A stretch of 64,000 nt of DNA from Phoronis australis (Eukaryota > Animalia > Phoronida): positions 2,509 to 66,508 of the forward strand of contig NMRA01000268.1 of the NCBI GenBank assembly GCA_002633005.1, written 5' to 3'. The notes beneath the pieces were generated by a model. It was not told where the DNA came from. It did not search any database and saw only the letters and a list, made by a program, of their open reading frames with translations. The position numbers and the translations under genes were made by a program. Each line of letters starts with the position of its first letter. The stretch's first letter is position 1. Positions 38,161 to 51,216 of the stretch are shown here, in pieces.

Positions 38161-40929
38161 GAGAATGCATCTGTTGACCGCTCGGTGAAATACGCGTACT
38201 CTTGCTTAGCATCTGTTCTGTTCTGTTCTGTTCTGTGACATGCTCGCAGGACCGCCAATTACACGCTCCACATGATACGACCTATGTTCAGCTCAACATG
38301 TCAGGACTCATGAATATCCGTAGCAATAAGAGAAACCTCCGTTTTGCATTAGATGTTTAGTCACAGGTAATTAGAATAGCTGGGGGCAGATCCTCGCTCA
38401 GATTCGATTATAAACACGACTGTAGTCACTGTTGCGGGTCTTTTTCCTCACCTGTTCATATTTACGAGAATGGAAGACTGTTCTCTATAGTTCCCTCGAA
38501 ACGCCAGTGTTGGAAAAATGACGACACATATTAACAAATATATGTCAGTTCGTCGGTCTACCAAGTCCATAAGAAGGAATAGTGAGAGAAACAATTGGTT
38601 CATAAATATTGGACTAGTTACAAGCGTACAGGGGACACAAGTTTGGCGAATGAAACTAAAGCTACACTAATAGAGACTGAGCACTAACTTCAAAATCTGT
38701 CTGAGACCAATATCTTGAGAATTCAAAATAAGATTTCCAAATAGAATGATGAGTGCCTCTAAGCTGATCCTTAAACGTGACGGGTCAGTCTCAAAATTCG
38801 TAATAGAAGTATTGTATATTATTTGAGTGAGAGTAATTTGCAAATGATCCTTCGTGGAACCGCTTTCTAAATGAAAACTTAACCTCCGCGACAGAGAGGA
38901 AGTAGTGATACCAAAATAGCTTGGCTTGAATTGCCATTAGTGGGATGTGGACACGCTTCTGCGGGACATTCAAAATTGTACTTGTACATGTGTACATCAA
39001 GTTCATCCTCGCCAGGGGTTGCTAAACCTCCTGGATGGATATTCGGCATAAAACATAGAAGAAAACAAATGGCAGTGTAACTTTCTGAGACGTCAAATCC
39101 GTTGAACACACGCCACTTTTCGTTATCGATGTTCGTGATTTCGTGTCGCATACGTCCAAAACAATGGTCGACATCACAAAGGTCAATGGTTAGACATTTA
39201 GAAACACTCCCGTTTCATTCAATCACGAAACAGCGTATAAATCGTTGCTTTTTGATTAACTTGAATTGAATTTTTAGATTCCCATTTTGCTGATGCAAGT
39301 TAAATTGGCGGAAAGAGGGCATTTGCCTATGAACGTACAATCAATAAGCACTGCTGAAAAGGGATATGGTTCGTGTCCCAGGTTTTTCAAGGCCTCGGCG
39401 TATCAGAGAAGAAAATGCAAGCACAAATACATGCAGATTAGAAGGAATAGCCTCTCCCGTTTTTTGTAGTAAGCATGGGCACCTAGGCACGGCTCCAGGT
39501 TTTTGCTCTGAGGTCCAAGCGCCAATCCCAGTCACACCTTACAGATACACACTTACACAATGACGGAACTATTGCACTGTTGGGGGTAGGGTTACCAAAA
39601 CCGTTGCAGGTCAATAGATGCTCTTGGTGTTTTACGACTCAACTAGTTTATGAAATTAAAAATTTCCATTGTCATTATATATGGATTGCATTGTTTTGAA
39701 AAAACTGCCAAATACTAAAAATGAACATTTAGGTATCGGTTCATATTTTAAGGTAGGTGTATACACTGATCAAATCTCCAGGTTCCTAACTAAAATGAGT
39801 AAAAAGGGAGTTTTAACTAGTTAGACATGACTCTGGAAGTGACAAAAATCGAAAGAAAATGTTTTTTTTTGTAGTTCGTTTTTTTAAAAAATCGTATTTT
39901 TTAATTTTCAACAAATCCAATTTTACCTCGAAATTTTTTTCAAAATGCACAGGGATCATCATCAACTATTTCCTTACGCAATATTCTGCTTATTCATACC
40001 AAATATATGTACAAAATCATTATGATCTTGATTTTGTGGCATTTTTTGTGTGCGAGTTGGGGCAAGCACGCCACTTTCTGTCATTTGGTCACTTTCCGTC
40101 TAATAACTAAAAATCTGGTCCATTTATCAAAAACCCTGGCACGCGATTTTACTTCAGTCCAAGAGGATTTCAAATTTGCAACTTTCGTTAAAATTAACCC
40201 ACGTGTTGTGGAAAAATAGGCCCGAGAATCGTGTCACTATCCTGAAATCACGAGCCGAGAAAAACGGCTTTGAAGTTAAGCGGTCGTCGATTGCCACTTG
40301 AGATCAAATTTCGTTCAGAATGCGTGGCCATTATGTTCCAATTTTTGTTGAAGTACTAGAAATAAAGCTGATATTTACTTCATATTTAGAAAATGTGACA
40401 TACCTGTTTGTTTACAGCGTAATTTTAATCATTTTTTCGAACTTGTGATGCACGACAGACGACCAAAACAAATATGGCTGTCACGTGGGCGGAGCTTAGC
40501 GTTGATCTATTGTCTGCTGTACTGGTGTGCCGACCACCATGTGTTGATTGTTTATACGATTCATCTGAACTCTCCACTCAGTTTGTAAAAGACTCTCTAA
40601 CTATATTACACAGACCTATTTGTTAGTATTCCAATATTATCATCAACCAATATATGTGTTATATCAAATCGCCGCGTTACTGCCTACATAACAATATTGG
40701 CGACGAGGATAAAGAACTACTTTCATAGTAATGGTTCAACATTTTTACGTGCCTGTACCGAATGGACTTTGGGATAAGAAAATATCACTTTCTGCGCAAA
40801 TAGCGCCGCTTGGGTGAGATTCTCAAGTTACTAAAGTTTCTTATATTGCTTTCCTCTAAAATCGTATAATATCATGAGTTTTAATTCAGGATTACGTTTG
40901 AATCTATGCACTAGAAAATTTTTTGTTAT

Positions 40930-41380
40930 GTTGAACACTGGGTCATTTCTCTAATTCTTTGGGTTACGGCCAGTGGCAAGTTAAAAATCCTCTGGGTTTG
41001 ACAGCCTAGTTTCTTCACGGCACGTTCCCAGCACAGAAGCACAGTTTATCTGCGAAGACTCTACTCTGACGGCATGTAGTTGTCCATGTGTCGCGCGCGC
41101 GGCTTGTCTTCACAGCGCGTGCATGCACTCTCACCGAATCGTGCAACACCACCCACGTCGACACTCAGTGTTCTCTCGCAAGACAACTGACCTTATATTA
41201 CCGACTTCTCTTATACATGCGCAATTTATGCACAGACTCCTCAAGCTGAGTGCAGTGATGGCTTCGGTAGGGCTTGGCGTACTCAACTTAATTCTTTTGC
41301 AGATAGACGTCGTCGCGTGGAAGAGTATGGTCTCGATAGTAACGAAGTGTCGGTTATTTGCATGACCAAAGAACACATTC
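40930..41380 (-). pseudogene. Possible Kolobok transposase N-terminal remnant
   Basis: CINC...VVLRENTECRRG followed in another frame by SSQINCASVLG, resembling Kolobok CxxC..E...RG..EIN..SVL. A TTAA|GGTAGG candidate terminus lies near 39750. Confidence 0.35.
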
Positions 41381-43974
41381 TCATCTAAATAAGGGACAAG
41401 TTGAGACCAATTTTAAAGCGGTAAGTTGTCTAAATGAAAAGCATGTTTCTTGAAAAGAATGCGAGTTTATATGGGCCGCGAAAGAGCAAACAATAGAAAT
41501 ATCCAACCTAATTCATAATTTCGCCTTTTCAGCGCATTTAGCTAGTTTCCGTTTCCATAGAAAGGTTTGGTTTGATTTTCCAAATTGGTTTGATTTTTAC
41601 GAATTAAGTTTGATTTTTCTATAAAATAGTTTCTGTCTATTCCGCGGCTCAAAATTTTATCCACTAAGCAGATACAGCGATAAAAATGTTGACCGACAAA
41701 TTGCATTACGCGTTCGTGACCACCATTTGTATAAATAGTAAAATAAGTGGTGCACTGTTCTTTCCCGTAACTACATGTAATAACTCTTTCCTCTGGTTAG
41801 CCAAAATACCCTTCCAAATGATCACGAACACCTGGTTCACATCACATAATGAGCCACATTGGTGGCAGATACCGCCAATAACAGTAACAATAGCCAACGG
41901 AAAGAGCTTTCAGTGGTGCAAACTAAAATTATTCATACCATAAATACAGCTGAACAGCGAATTTTTTATCATATAAGCGTGAACACGGTGTGAACATGCA
42001 ACAAACATCGGGCACTACAATTGATCAACACGGTGAACAAGAGGCTTTCTATCAGCGACAACCTCAGTGTTATCGTATTTTTAATCCAACAAAGTTCCGA
42101 ATGTGGGTATCTGCTTTTCTATCGTGGGTCGGTCAGGGGAAAGGGCCGACCGTAATTACGCTCGTAATTACGACCGAGACGTTCCTATATGCAATGAGAA
42201 ATTGGTTTGTAGTCCACGTGAGCTTTAAGTGAAGACGTTTTACGTTAGATTTAAGAACCAGCCCACGAGATGACAAGCATTTAATACTCAGTTGATTTTC
42301 AATTTTGTGTTGCAAATGCTTTGATATTGAAATGTCTTGAATAAAGATAGAGTGATTTACCACCAACATTTAAAAATTCTACTAAATTACCTCCCGAAAA
42401 CCGTTTTGAACCTATGCTTTTGCAATGTCATACGTCATCTGCACGCACTATTAAAGAGTAAGAGAGTGAAACGTGACCTAAATATTGAAAAATCATGGTA
42501 ATTTCAACAAATAAAATGAAAGCATTGCCTGCTAGATTTACATGTTGGCATCCTAATATGTACTAAAACAGATCACCTTCAAATGCCTTGGATGGGTAGG
42601 GAACCAAGTAAAAAAATTCAGTCACTCTTAGATATATTTCAATCTTTTGCACTAATATACTTGGCACCTGAGACATTTCCTTCTGAGCACGTCATGACAT
42701 GCGCAAAATACGAGAAAAAATACGAGCGTAAAATTAAGAGCGTTCAACTCGCTGGTTCTCTGCGTGTCCGATAGGGGGTAGAGAACACGCAGATATCATT
42801 TAATTTTCCTCGGAAATTTTTTTACACCCTGTCCGACGTTTGTGAATGGCTGGTCTATTTCTCAACAGGTACCGCTTCACGTAAACAAACTGGCATGACT
42901 GATGGAGAAAGTGTAAATGTGGTCTACTGTACAGACAAATTAGTGCTTAATTCATGTTCAAGAAATGTGAATCAGAAAATTGTGGTCGCGCCTTTTCGGA
43001 GTGAATTTTTCTACTGTCGCTAACTTCTGTTTACGTTGCTGTTCTGTATTCACACAGCATGAATAACAAACCGGTTAAATCGGCCAGATGTGTGTTTATT
43101 GTACATGTACGCGCGTCAAGTACGCGGTTATTAAACATTACTGCATAAACGAAATAGCTGCTGTAACGCCACTTGTATGACAAGGCTAAAAATCGTTCAT
43201 AGCCCGCCATTTTCTTTCTTTGTTGATAAGCTTACCAATGAATGCAGAGGTTATATCAACCAGTGATAAAACGCGTGTTACTGAATGATGCCTGCGTATT
43301 CTCCGCACTCAGGGAACCAGCGAGGAGCGTACAACTTCTTCGAGAGCTCACCTGACCTACAGACCAATTCTCATTAGATATAATGATTACGGTCGCAAAA
43401 CACGCGCGAAGTCCACGAGCGTCATTGAGTCATTCTCAATGAATCGCGACAATTCGACACCTGAGACACTCGATTTTCAAGTATCTCCATTTGGAGCTAA
43501 CGTATATTTTTTTTTCTTAATTTAACGTATGAATGATAAGTTTTGAACAATTTCCTCAGCTCAGCAAGAGCAGTCATAGAGTTATTTTGTTGTTTTATTA
43601 GAGCAACTGGATTATTTAATAGAAAACTGAAAAACGCGTTCGTTAGGTCAATTTTGCTCCAGTTTGTTATCATTGACAACAAGCAATCTCATTGTGCAAT
43701 TTTATCAATCAGCATTCTTGGTAAAATCGAGAAAAACAGCTCTTAGTATTTTCTACTTTCTTGTGTATTTTTCGTGGACATATAAAAATTAAACTTTTGA
43801 ACTAAGTTTTTACTTTTTTAAAACATTTCGTTTGTTTATAACTGTGTTATATAAAAACAGGTGCCGTGGTGTTTGCACTTGTCTTAATCTTCATTAGCGA
43901 CTATCCACCATTCAAAAACTGGTAGCCAATATCCGGTAACGTGATGACTAAAAAATCCTTAATTGAATTTAAGG

Positions 43975-45795
43975 ACGTCTCGTAAATGACGCAACATGTC
44001 CCGTTAGTGAGGCGCAAGTGATATTGTGACGTTCGCTATTATTTCTGACAACCAACACTTCAGGAAATAAGTGGTATGAAATAATGACGGATAGTGCACG
44101 TATTTAAGGCTATTTCTTGTCACCTGAATGAGTTGATGTAACTGATTACGTGAAATAAAAATGGCAACGTATTATAATTCAAGCGTCTGTGTTGCAAGAA
44201 GGCACGTGGAGACATTTGTAACACAACTCACATGTACATGTACTGGTAAATCTAAAAGTTTGCATTCAACATTTTTACATTTGCTATACGACTGCGCCTG
44301 ACATCTAACTCGTCACAAGTCACGGCCCGTAAATGACGATTAAAGGTAATTCACGCGCTGATAATTAGACTAAAGACAGTTAAGGTTAAAAACCTTTTAA
44401 CGGCAATGTTAACTCGGCTTTAAACGTCATTAGGAGAAATCAAGGTAGTCCAGCAATTCATCTCACGCCTAGAATGCTCTGCAGCTTTCCCAGTGGGTGC
44501 GACGTCCAGGACGAGCCTCAGGATGTCATATTTTCGTAGCCAAATCTTGTTTCCTTCGGCCACATAAACAATACAGTCATTTTACTGGACGGCTGCAAGA
44601 AGTTGACTTCCACAGGCAAGTCGACATCATCTGTGTCTACGACTTGTCCGAGATATCGGCGACCTTCATTATTACAAACAAAATCGCCTTGCTTCACTTA
44701 TATCTTGACTTCTTTGGTCTCAGCTAACAGTCTATTGTTTTCTTGTCTTTCGACTTTTTGTATTTCTGTCAGTTCTAACACTGGTACGAAATACCAGTAA
44801 CTCGTTCACTTTCTCTTCTAAGCCATTCGTCACCAAGTTGTGCCTTTTTACAGGCTCTGTAGACTATTCCTTCATCCGCTGCGACTTGGACTTTGGCATT
44901 CGCAACGCAAACCAAAGTGACAAACTCTAATTAATAGGTATTAAATAAAATAAAAAGATGTCATCATTATTTTTGCAAGGTTAGCTGCATTGAGTCATGT
45001 ATTGTCACAGATAATATTAATTAACTACTTAAAAATGAAATGAATTTGAGTGAAAATAGAACAAATCACTTACGGGACACTGGATGTCCTTTACGTGACA
45101 TATTTTATGAGAACTTATGAAGACCAACGTCAAGCAAATTCTAATCAAACTATGTTTCACAGTTAGCATTTGGTCACTTCTTCTAGTACGTTAATAACAA
45201 ACCTAAAACATGTGAATTATAAAGTGACATTACTGAAAACTTACCCAAAAGTTCTGCTGACTTCTGTAGCGAATATTTTCAGACAGTATCGATGTCGGCT
45301 GAAGCACGTGCTCGTTCTTAAAAAATTGACCTATATTCTTGTCACACATGCCAATATTACCTGAAAATAATTGGACGTGACATAATCATAAACTTGTCGT
45401 CCCGCAAATGAAGGCTCGTAAATGATAAGCAACAAAGTTAAACTTCAAATGCCAATTTTTTTCCTAAATGTCGGCCAAAAACTTTCAAAACTGTACATTG
45501 ATTTCGCACATCACCATACATGTAGCTTTGTAGAGTTATTTTGGTTTCCACATCTTCATTTTAATCAACGCACTATTATTGAGTTTATGTACGTCTCGTA
45601 AATGATTCCAAAAAAAATTCCACCGCGCTTCTTAAAAATCAGTGCCACACAGCCACTTTCAGATGAGGCAAAGGTTTAAAAACTTAATGCCATCGCCGTT
45701 TTTTGTGTATTACAAGTTATTGATTGCGAATTCGCTAAAATATCTCTTGAAACTTTTTTTACAAAAACAGTTCAATGAGGTCTCGTAAATGATTT
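43975..45795 (-). mobile_element. Decayed DNA transposon with repeated subterminal motifs (Sola-like, tentative)
   Basis: CTCGTAAATGA / CCCGTAAATGA at ~43978, 44326, 45415, 45594 and 45781, with reverse copies near 45070-45100. The minus-strand peptide DFVCNNEGRRYLGQVVDTDDVDLPVEVNFLQPS...FMWPKE resembles a transposase C-terminal domain. Confidence 0.45.
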
Positions 45796-48228
45796 GAGAT
45801 TTGGCTTCACTCAGTAAACATGGTGGTAATTAAAATTTATTTTTTGTTGATGAAAAAACGTTGACCTTCTCTTTAAATATGCCTCGCTGAGTTTCCAAAA
45901 CACAATTATTCGTTTCGATTGCTAAAGTTATTATAACATAAAAGAGCCTGTTTCTACTTTGTCGTTTTTTCACCTTCACGCAATTTTATGAAACCCTAGG
46001 CTACATGGTGCATTGTGACACCTACCATGTAAACTGTAGCCGGTCATAAGACACAGCATCCACATTAGACATATTTTTCTTTATTTTAAAGGTCTTTTGG
46101 CGTTGTTTCATGACTTTGGACATTTTTTTGTGGTGAGCTGAACATTGGCTTCACCATTTGCCTCGATTCATTGAGAATTAATTTATTACAGGCGACACTT
46201 TCACGTGGACGGCCCACGACACTTTTCAGCCGTACGTTTAGATGGGTTTACTTTAAGCTTATCGGCTAGGCAGCTATAGTTTCCCGAATCGGCGAATCAC
46301 AAGCAGATGATCGTCCTCTTTATATTTTTTGTCCACTGGACCGCAAAACGTTGTGATGATATTTGTTCGGAAGAAGCTTTCGATGATAACAGTTCTAAAG
46401 TTACTTCGTTTTTATTAAACAAAATTCCACCTCAAGCCCTTTATTGCATAGCAATACACAACATCGGAACAAACGCATGTACGGCGAAGCGTCAGCCGCA
46501 CGAGATCGAATACGCTGACATTCCATTCTTAAAGTTTTATGAGTTTGACGTACCAATTTTCGAACCTTTTCCTCGGTTTGATTCTCTCCTGAAGCTTTTC
46601 AAATCAGGCTTGACATGAATGAGTCAATACCTAACATCTTTATAGCGCTGTTGCACATTGATTGTTTTTTCTCTCAACAGATACAGAACATTCTTGAGCA
46701 CAACGAGTGAAGCAATAGAGACAATTGCCACGATTCATTGGTCTTTGTTTCTCGCTTCTGTCACCTTATATCAATCATCAATCCATCAACTATATTACCG
46801 CAAAAAGCCAGAGGCCCATCGTACAAAAACTACATTTGGATATTTGAGCGCGGAAGAAGTTATCATGGCGCTTGTTGTAAAGTTGAAAAAAACATGTTTA
46901 CAAAGTTGAACACGTTGTTTGCTATCACTTGTTAACATTAGTTTAATGAATTTATATACCGGAGGGTGCTTACAGTAATACATGTCAAAGTGCCCTATTT
47001 CTACGTTCAGTGTATGTATTACGCCCCCTTGACCAACACTAAACGCCGCTAGTGTCGGCCATTTTCAAGCAACCTAGCAATGACACAGATAACGAGGCGT
47101 CCGCCTCGATTTCAATTAACTTTAACTTCAAGCTTGTGTTAGAAATCGGCGATTTATAGTAAAGTTGCAAAAAGTAATAAGAGAAAAGTGATTTTGTTCG
47201 TAGTAATTTTTTAATATCAGCTTTGGGCCACCATAAGAAATAGTTCTATAGCGCAAATTTAATTTGTATAAAATTTTGAGAAAAAGTATCAAATGATTTG
47301 GCATAAAAAGGCTTTTTTCCATTGTCTGTCTGTTTTTTCCGAACACCCCTTCCACTGTTTTCAAAGATGATTAGTTACATCACATGTACTTTATAAGCAT
47401 TAAGTCTGAGGTTTGCACAGAGTGGCAGTAGAAACGACACGTAAATGTCATATATCAAGACAGAGTGTGTACATTACGCTCGAGGAATAGTGTCGAGGAT
47501 GAATACCACTTATTGTTTGTTTGCGACGCTTTTTCCGAAATCTGTGTGTAGCATACATGTTCCCGCGTCCTTATTGGCCGACATTATTTGCTTGAACGAC
47601 ACGTCGGGGCTATTTATTGTATTGGGCTGTAAAGGATTTCTATGGAGAAATATCTTACGCAAGTGAACAGTTGAATCAATTTTTTTTTAAATGTGTACTT
47701 TTGGAGAATAAATTATACGACATGACAAAGAGACAACACACACTAACAAGTCGTACTGTACAGGACCTACAAAATTTGGTTAACACCGGCTAGTGGCTCA
47801 TGAATGGCTTCCTAGAAATGAACAATTATCGTGGACAGTGTTTTAATATAAAATCTCTGCACTGAAGTAGAAAAAACACATGTTCGGTGATCGGCACCGG
47901 AATTGAAAAACGATCGTTTTACTACCAGGCGATCTTGGTTTACGTTGGTCGATTTGTAATAAGACGATGCTAAAGGAATTAAATGTCACTTGTTTGAAAT
48001 TACTTATTCATACTTTGCTTACAAACTGGATGTATATTAAATGGGTATCGTACATTGCGTATTTTGAACAACAATTCTATGAACGGGAAGTACTAAGTAT
48101 TCACCTTCTCGGAGGAAGTGAAATGAAACCACATCTTACAGCTATTCAACAGAATGACAAATTATAATTAGTCATTTAAAAAGAATGACACGATCTGCGA
48201 CAATGTTTTTTGTTATCGTTGCCATAAC

Positions 48229-48276
<48 letters not shown>

Positions 48277-48279
48277 TAT
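48229..48279. repeat. (ATC/ATT)n microsatellite
   Basis: ATTATCATTATC... then (ATT)n. It produces the artefactual poly-Ile N-terminus of the 48185 ORF. Confidence 0.9.
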
Positions 48280-48313
48280 AAAGGTTTCTACTTCTCGTTT
48301 TCTGTTGCAGACA

Positions 48314-49378
48314 ATGAATTCAACCAACATTTCCGATTTTGAAACCGACGATTACCTTCCGAATGTGGAGAATGTCTCCACTGCGGAGTGGTACAAGCAT
48401 TCCCTCGTGCCATACCCTGCTTTGATCGCCTTCATGAGTTGTGAAATACTTCTGTTCTGTTGCATCTTGTTTGGCAACACGCTGGTTCTTATGTCGTACA
48501 TGAAATTCTATAAAATACGCGACACCAACAGCAATGTATTCATTTTCGCTTTAGCCGTAACGGACACGATGACTGCCGTGTTTAGCATTCCGTGCAACGT
48601 GTTTAAAAAGTACGCACTGCCCCTGTTCTGGAGACACATACCGGTGCAAATCTTGCACAGTTTTCACGGATGTTACTTAACCGTTTTTTTCCAGGTTTTG
48701 CCCTTGGTGTGCGGGTATGCCATGCTTTTTGTTATCGCCTTAGACAGATTCGTATCTATTCGCTACCCATTACGTCACGTCTCCTTGATGACTCGACGCG
48801 TATGCAGAGCACTCATCATTGGCGGTTTTGCCTATCAGATTGTTTTGTTTGGAATAATTATGTTGTTTAAGGAGGACGGATATGATATCCGAGTGGAAGT
48901 GTGCGTAATTGAAAACATCTTTAAAACCAATCCGTTCAAACGAATTCTTGCCTTAGCGATTTTGACCTATCTTCCTGTGCTGGCTACGTTCGCTCTACAT
49001 ATCTACGTGCTGTTCTCCGCGTTCCGGCAGACCAGCCGGGTGAGAGCCCTAGAAATTGTCCAAACTGTTGAACAAAAGAAAGAATTCAAAGTTACTCGTG
49101 GAATGTTAAGACTTGTTTTCGTCTTCGCCGTCTGCAACCTTCCCAGCTTGATTTCCAAAGCTGCACAACGAGGAGAAACCAGAAACACCGCCTGGCTACT
49201 TTCCCTTGATTATTTTTTCATTGAGTTGGCATATCTCAATTCGGCTTTGAATCCTCTGCTATATGCCAAGCACGACAAATTGTTCCGTCGGGCTTTTTTG
49301 AAAATTTTGTGCGTATGTGGGCTCAAGGACAACTTCGAAAACCAAATAGCTCCAACTGCAAATACGGAAAATCGATGA
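48314..49378 (+). CDS. Class A (rhodopsin-like) G-protein-coupled receptor, single coding exon, 354 aa, orphan (aminergic/adenosine-like or chemosensory)
   Basis: Intact ORF with 7 hydrophobic segments: GN (TM1), LAVTD (TM2), DRF..IRYPLRH (TM3), CNLP (TM6), NSALNPLLY (TM7) and FRRAF (helix 8). N-terminal NxS/T sites (NST, NIS, NVS). The start is placed at MNST because a splice acceptor TTTTCTGTTGCAG ends at 48310. Confidence 0.93.
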   Translation: MNSTNISDFETDDYLPNVENVSTAEWYKHSLVPYPALIAFMSCEILLFCCILFGNTLVLMSYMKFYKIRDTNSNVFIFALAVTDTMTAVFSIPCNVFKKYALPLFWRHIPVQILHSFHGCYLTVFFQVLPLVCGYAMLFVIALDRFVSIRYPLRHVSLMTRRVCRALIIGGFAYQIVLFGIIMLFKEDGYDIRVEVCVIENIFKTNPFKRILALAILTYLPVLATFALHIYVLFSAFRQTSRVRALEIVQTVEQKKEFKVTRGMLRLVFVFAVCNLPSLISKAAQRGETRNTAWLLSLDYFFIELAYLNSALNPLLYAKHDKLFRRAFLKILCVCGLKDNFENQIAPTANTENR

Positions 49379-49450
49379 TTTATCCACGTTCCGTGACCAG
49401 AGAAGATAAGTAGAGACGAATACCTTCAATTAAACACAGAAAAATCAGGA

Positions 49451-49523
49451 GCCCCATCTGGGAATCGAAACACAGGTCTCTAGATGGCCGGTCTAGTGCT
49501 CTTACCACTGAGCTACTGAGGAC
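49451..49523 (-). mobile_element. tRNA-derived SINE head / pseudo-tRNA just downstream of the GPCR
   Basis: Minus strand GTAGCTCAGTGGTAAGAGCA-CTAGA-CCGGCCA-TCTAG-AGACCTGTGTTTCGATTCCCAG. The D arm and anticodon stem pair, but the acceptor and T stems are imperfect and the anticodon loop is non-canonical. Confidence 0.65.
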
Positions 49524-50750
49524 CCGATATTTGTGTAATTACTGTTTAAAGGCAATACCTTGGTCGCGCTGTTCGGTATCGGTAACGCAAGGCGCTCGTG
49601 AGGCACTTGCGGTGACAAAACCTGGCCCACACTCAGAAGGGTACAGTGTGTTCATCCACGTTTTCTCCGAAAATTCATCATCCTACTGAGCATCGCCGAC
49701 CAATTGCTTCATCAGCCGTCACTTGGCTAGCATACTCCAGTAAGTTCCCGAGCTTGCTCAAGAGGTGACTAGTTTTTAATCCTGCGATGATCTAAACACT
49801 TTCTGCGATCGATCTTTTTTAGTTTCTTTGTAGGCCAGGCGCACTTGGTCAACCAGTGATTGAATGAAAAAACTACAGTTTCGAAATTCAAGACTGCAAA
49901 CAACTTTGAATGTTGTAAGCGGCGCCGATTCCAAAACGTACTACTAAAAATGATTTACAGCAGTTAGAAAACACACTGGACCGTAACCTGCGGAAGTGGA
50001 GCAAATGGTCAGTAGTTTCGCAAATGCTGTTCTCGAATGAGGCCATTTGACTTAAACATAGGAAACGTTCGTCGTGCAGAGAACTGTTGGCGACTGCATG
50101 TGGAGACAGAATAATTTTTAAAGCAACCAGAGCAAAATTGTAACTGATAGCAGACGGGATGAAATGAGTGGAGACTTGAGTGGGAGCGGGTTTGCAGATC
50201 AAATTTTTCTCATACCCTCAAATGTAATGATAGTATAATTACGTCACTGAGAGGACTATTTGTATTGAAAGGGATTTGGAACTCTAAACCTTTACGTTAC
50301 CAAGGCTCGCATTTTGCTTATATCTTTAATGTCGACTGCCAGCCTATGGCACCGGATAAAACTCTCTAATGTTTGAAACGAGTCACGTTACTGAGCCAAC
50401 ACAATGCTTAGTGATTTCATTCACAACTGGATTTGCTTGCTGCCAGTGAGCAACAGTGACTCCACATGGGAGGTAAAGGCAATTCCTCGAATATGGCGGA
50501 CATTCTTCACAATCATTTCATGTGCAAATCCAGAAAATTACCAAACATGGCAAATGTCACGGAAGTCATACGGAAATGGTCTATTGAATTCAAATGAACA
50601 GACATTGTGCTTTATGCAAAAGGCTCCGATTCCAAAACTGATTGTTTTAAACTGTTCCATTTTGCACGGCGGACCAAAAATTGTGAATACATTGGGATCA
50701 ATCGTGGTTATTTATATCAAACGACGTTTTGCTATGTCAGTGATTTCGTT

Positions 50751-51216
50751 CACCTGTTTCAAACGTCGTAACACCATTCAAGAGTCTATTAAATGCAAGC
50801 CGTTACATGCTTGCAGCTCAATGTAATACATGTATATTACTACAATACATTATACACTGTAACACTCTTCAACAAGCCCACAATGAGACGGCCTTTTTTG
50901 AGCAACGATAACAAGTGTGAAACCGCAAGACCTAAGAGTTCTGGGATAGCGGTACTTTCCCCTGAGGCTGCCACTTTGTAAATTTGGCGCGATGTACAGA
51001 TTGCCGCTAGTCTCGAAGCTGAATATAAGCCAAAATCTTGGCAACAATAGTAAACATCGACTTGATCCTGGGACGCACTGTAACACGCATGTAGGACTCG
51101 TTGAAGAGTGTTACGTGTATACTGTATTGTAGTATTTATATTACAGTGAGCTGCAAGCATGTAACGGCTTGCATTTAATAGACTCTTAAATGTTGTTACG
51201 GCGTTTAGAACGGTTG
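50751..51216. mobile_element. MITE with ~120-bp terminal inverted repeats
   Basis: 50761-50875 is the reverse complement of 51098-51206, with a perfect core AAGAGTCTATTAAATGCAAGCCGTTACATGCTTGCAGCTCA. Confidence 0.85.

Noticed and set aside
38791-39563. Cluster of short ORFs that might be exons
   Set aside because: No recognisable motif or consistent splice structure by eye. Needs BLASTx.
48185-48313. N-terminal poly-Ile extension of the 397-aa ORF
   Set aside because: It is encoded by an (ATY)n microsatellite upstream of a strong splice acceptor. MNST at 48314 gives a typical glycosylated GPCR N-terminus.
49451-49523. Functional tRNA gene
   Set aside because: Imperfect acceptor and T stems, no U33 and no T-run terminator. 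Better explained as a SINE head. The same applies to 12181-12300 and 23079-23149.
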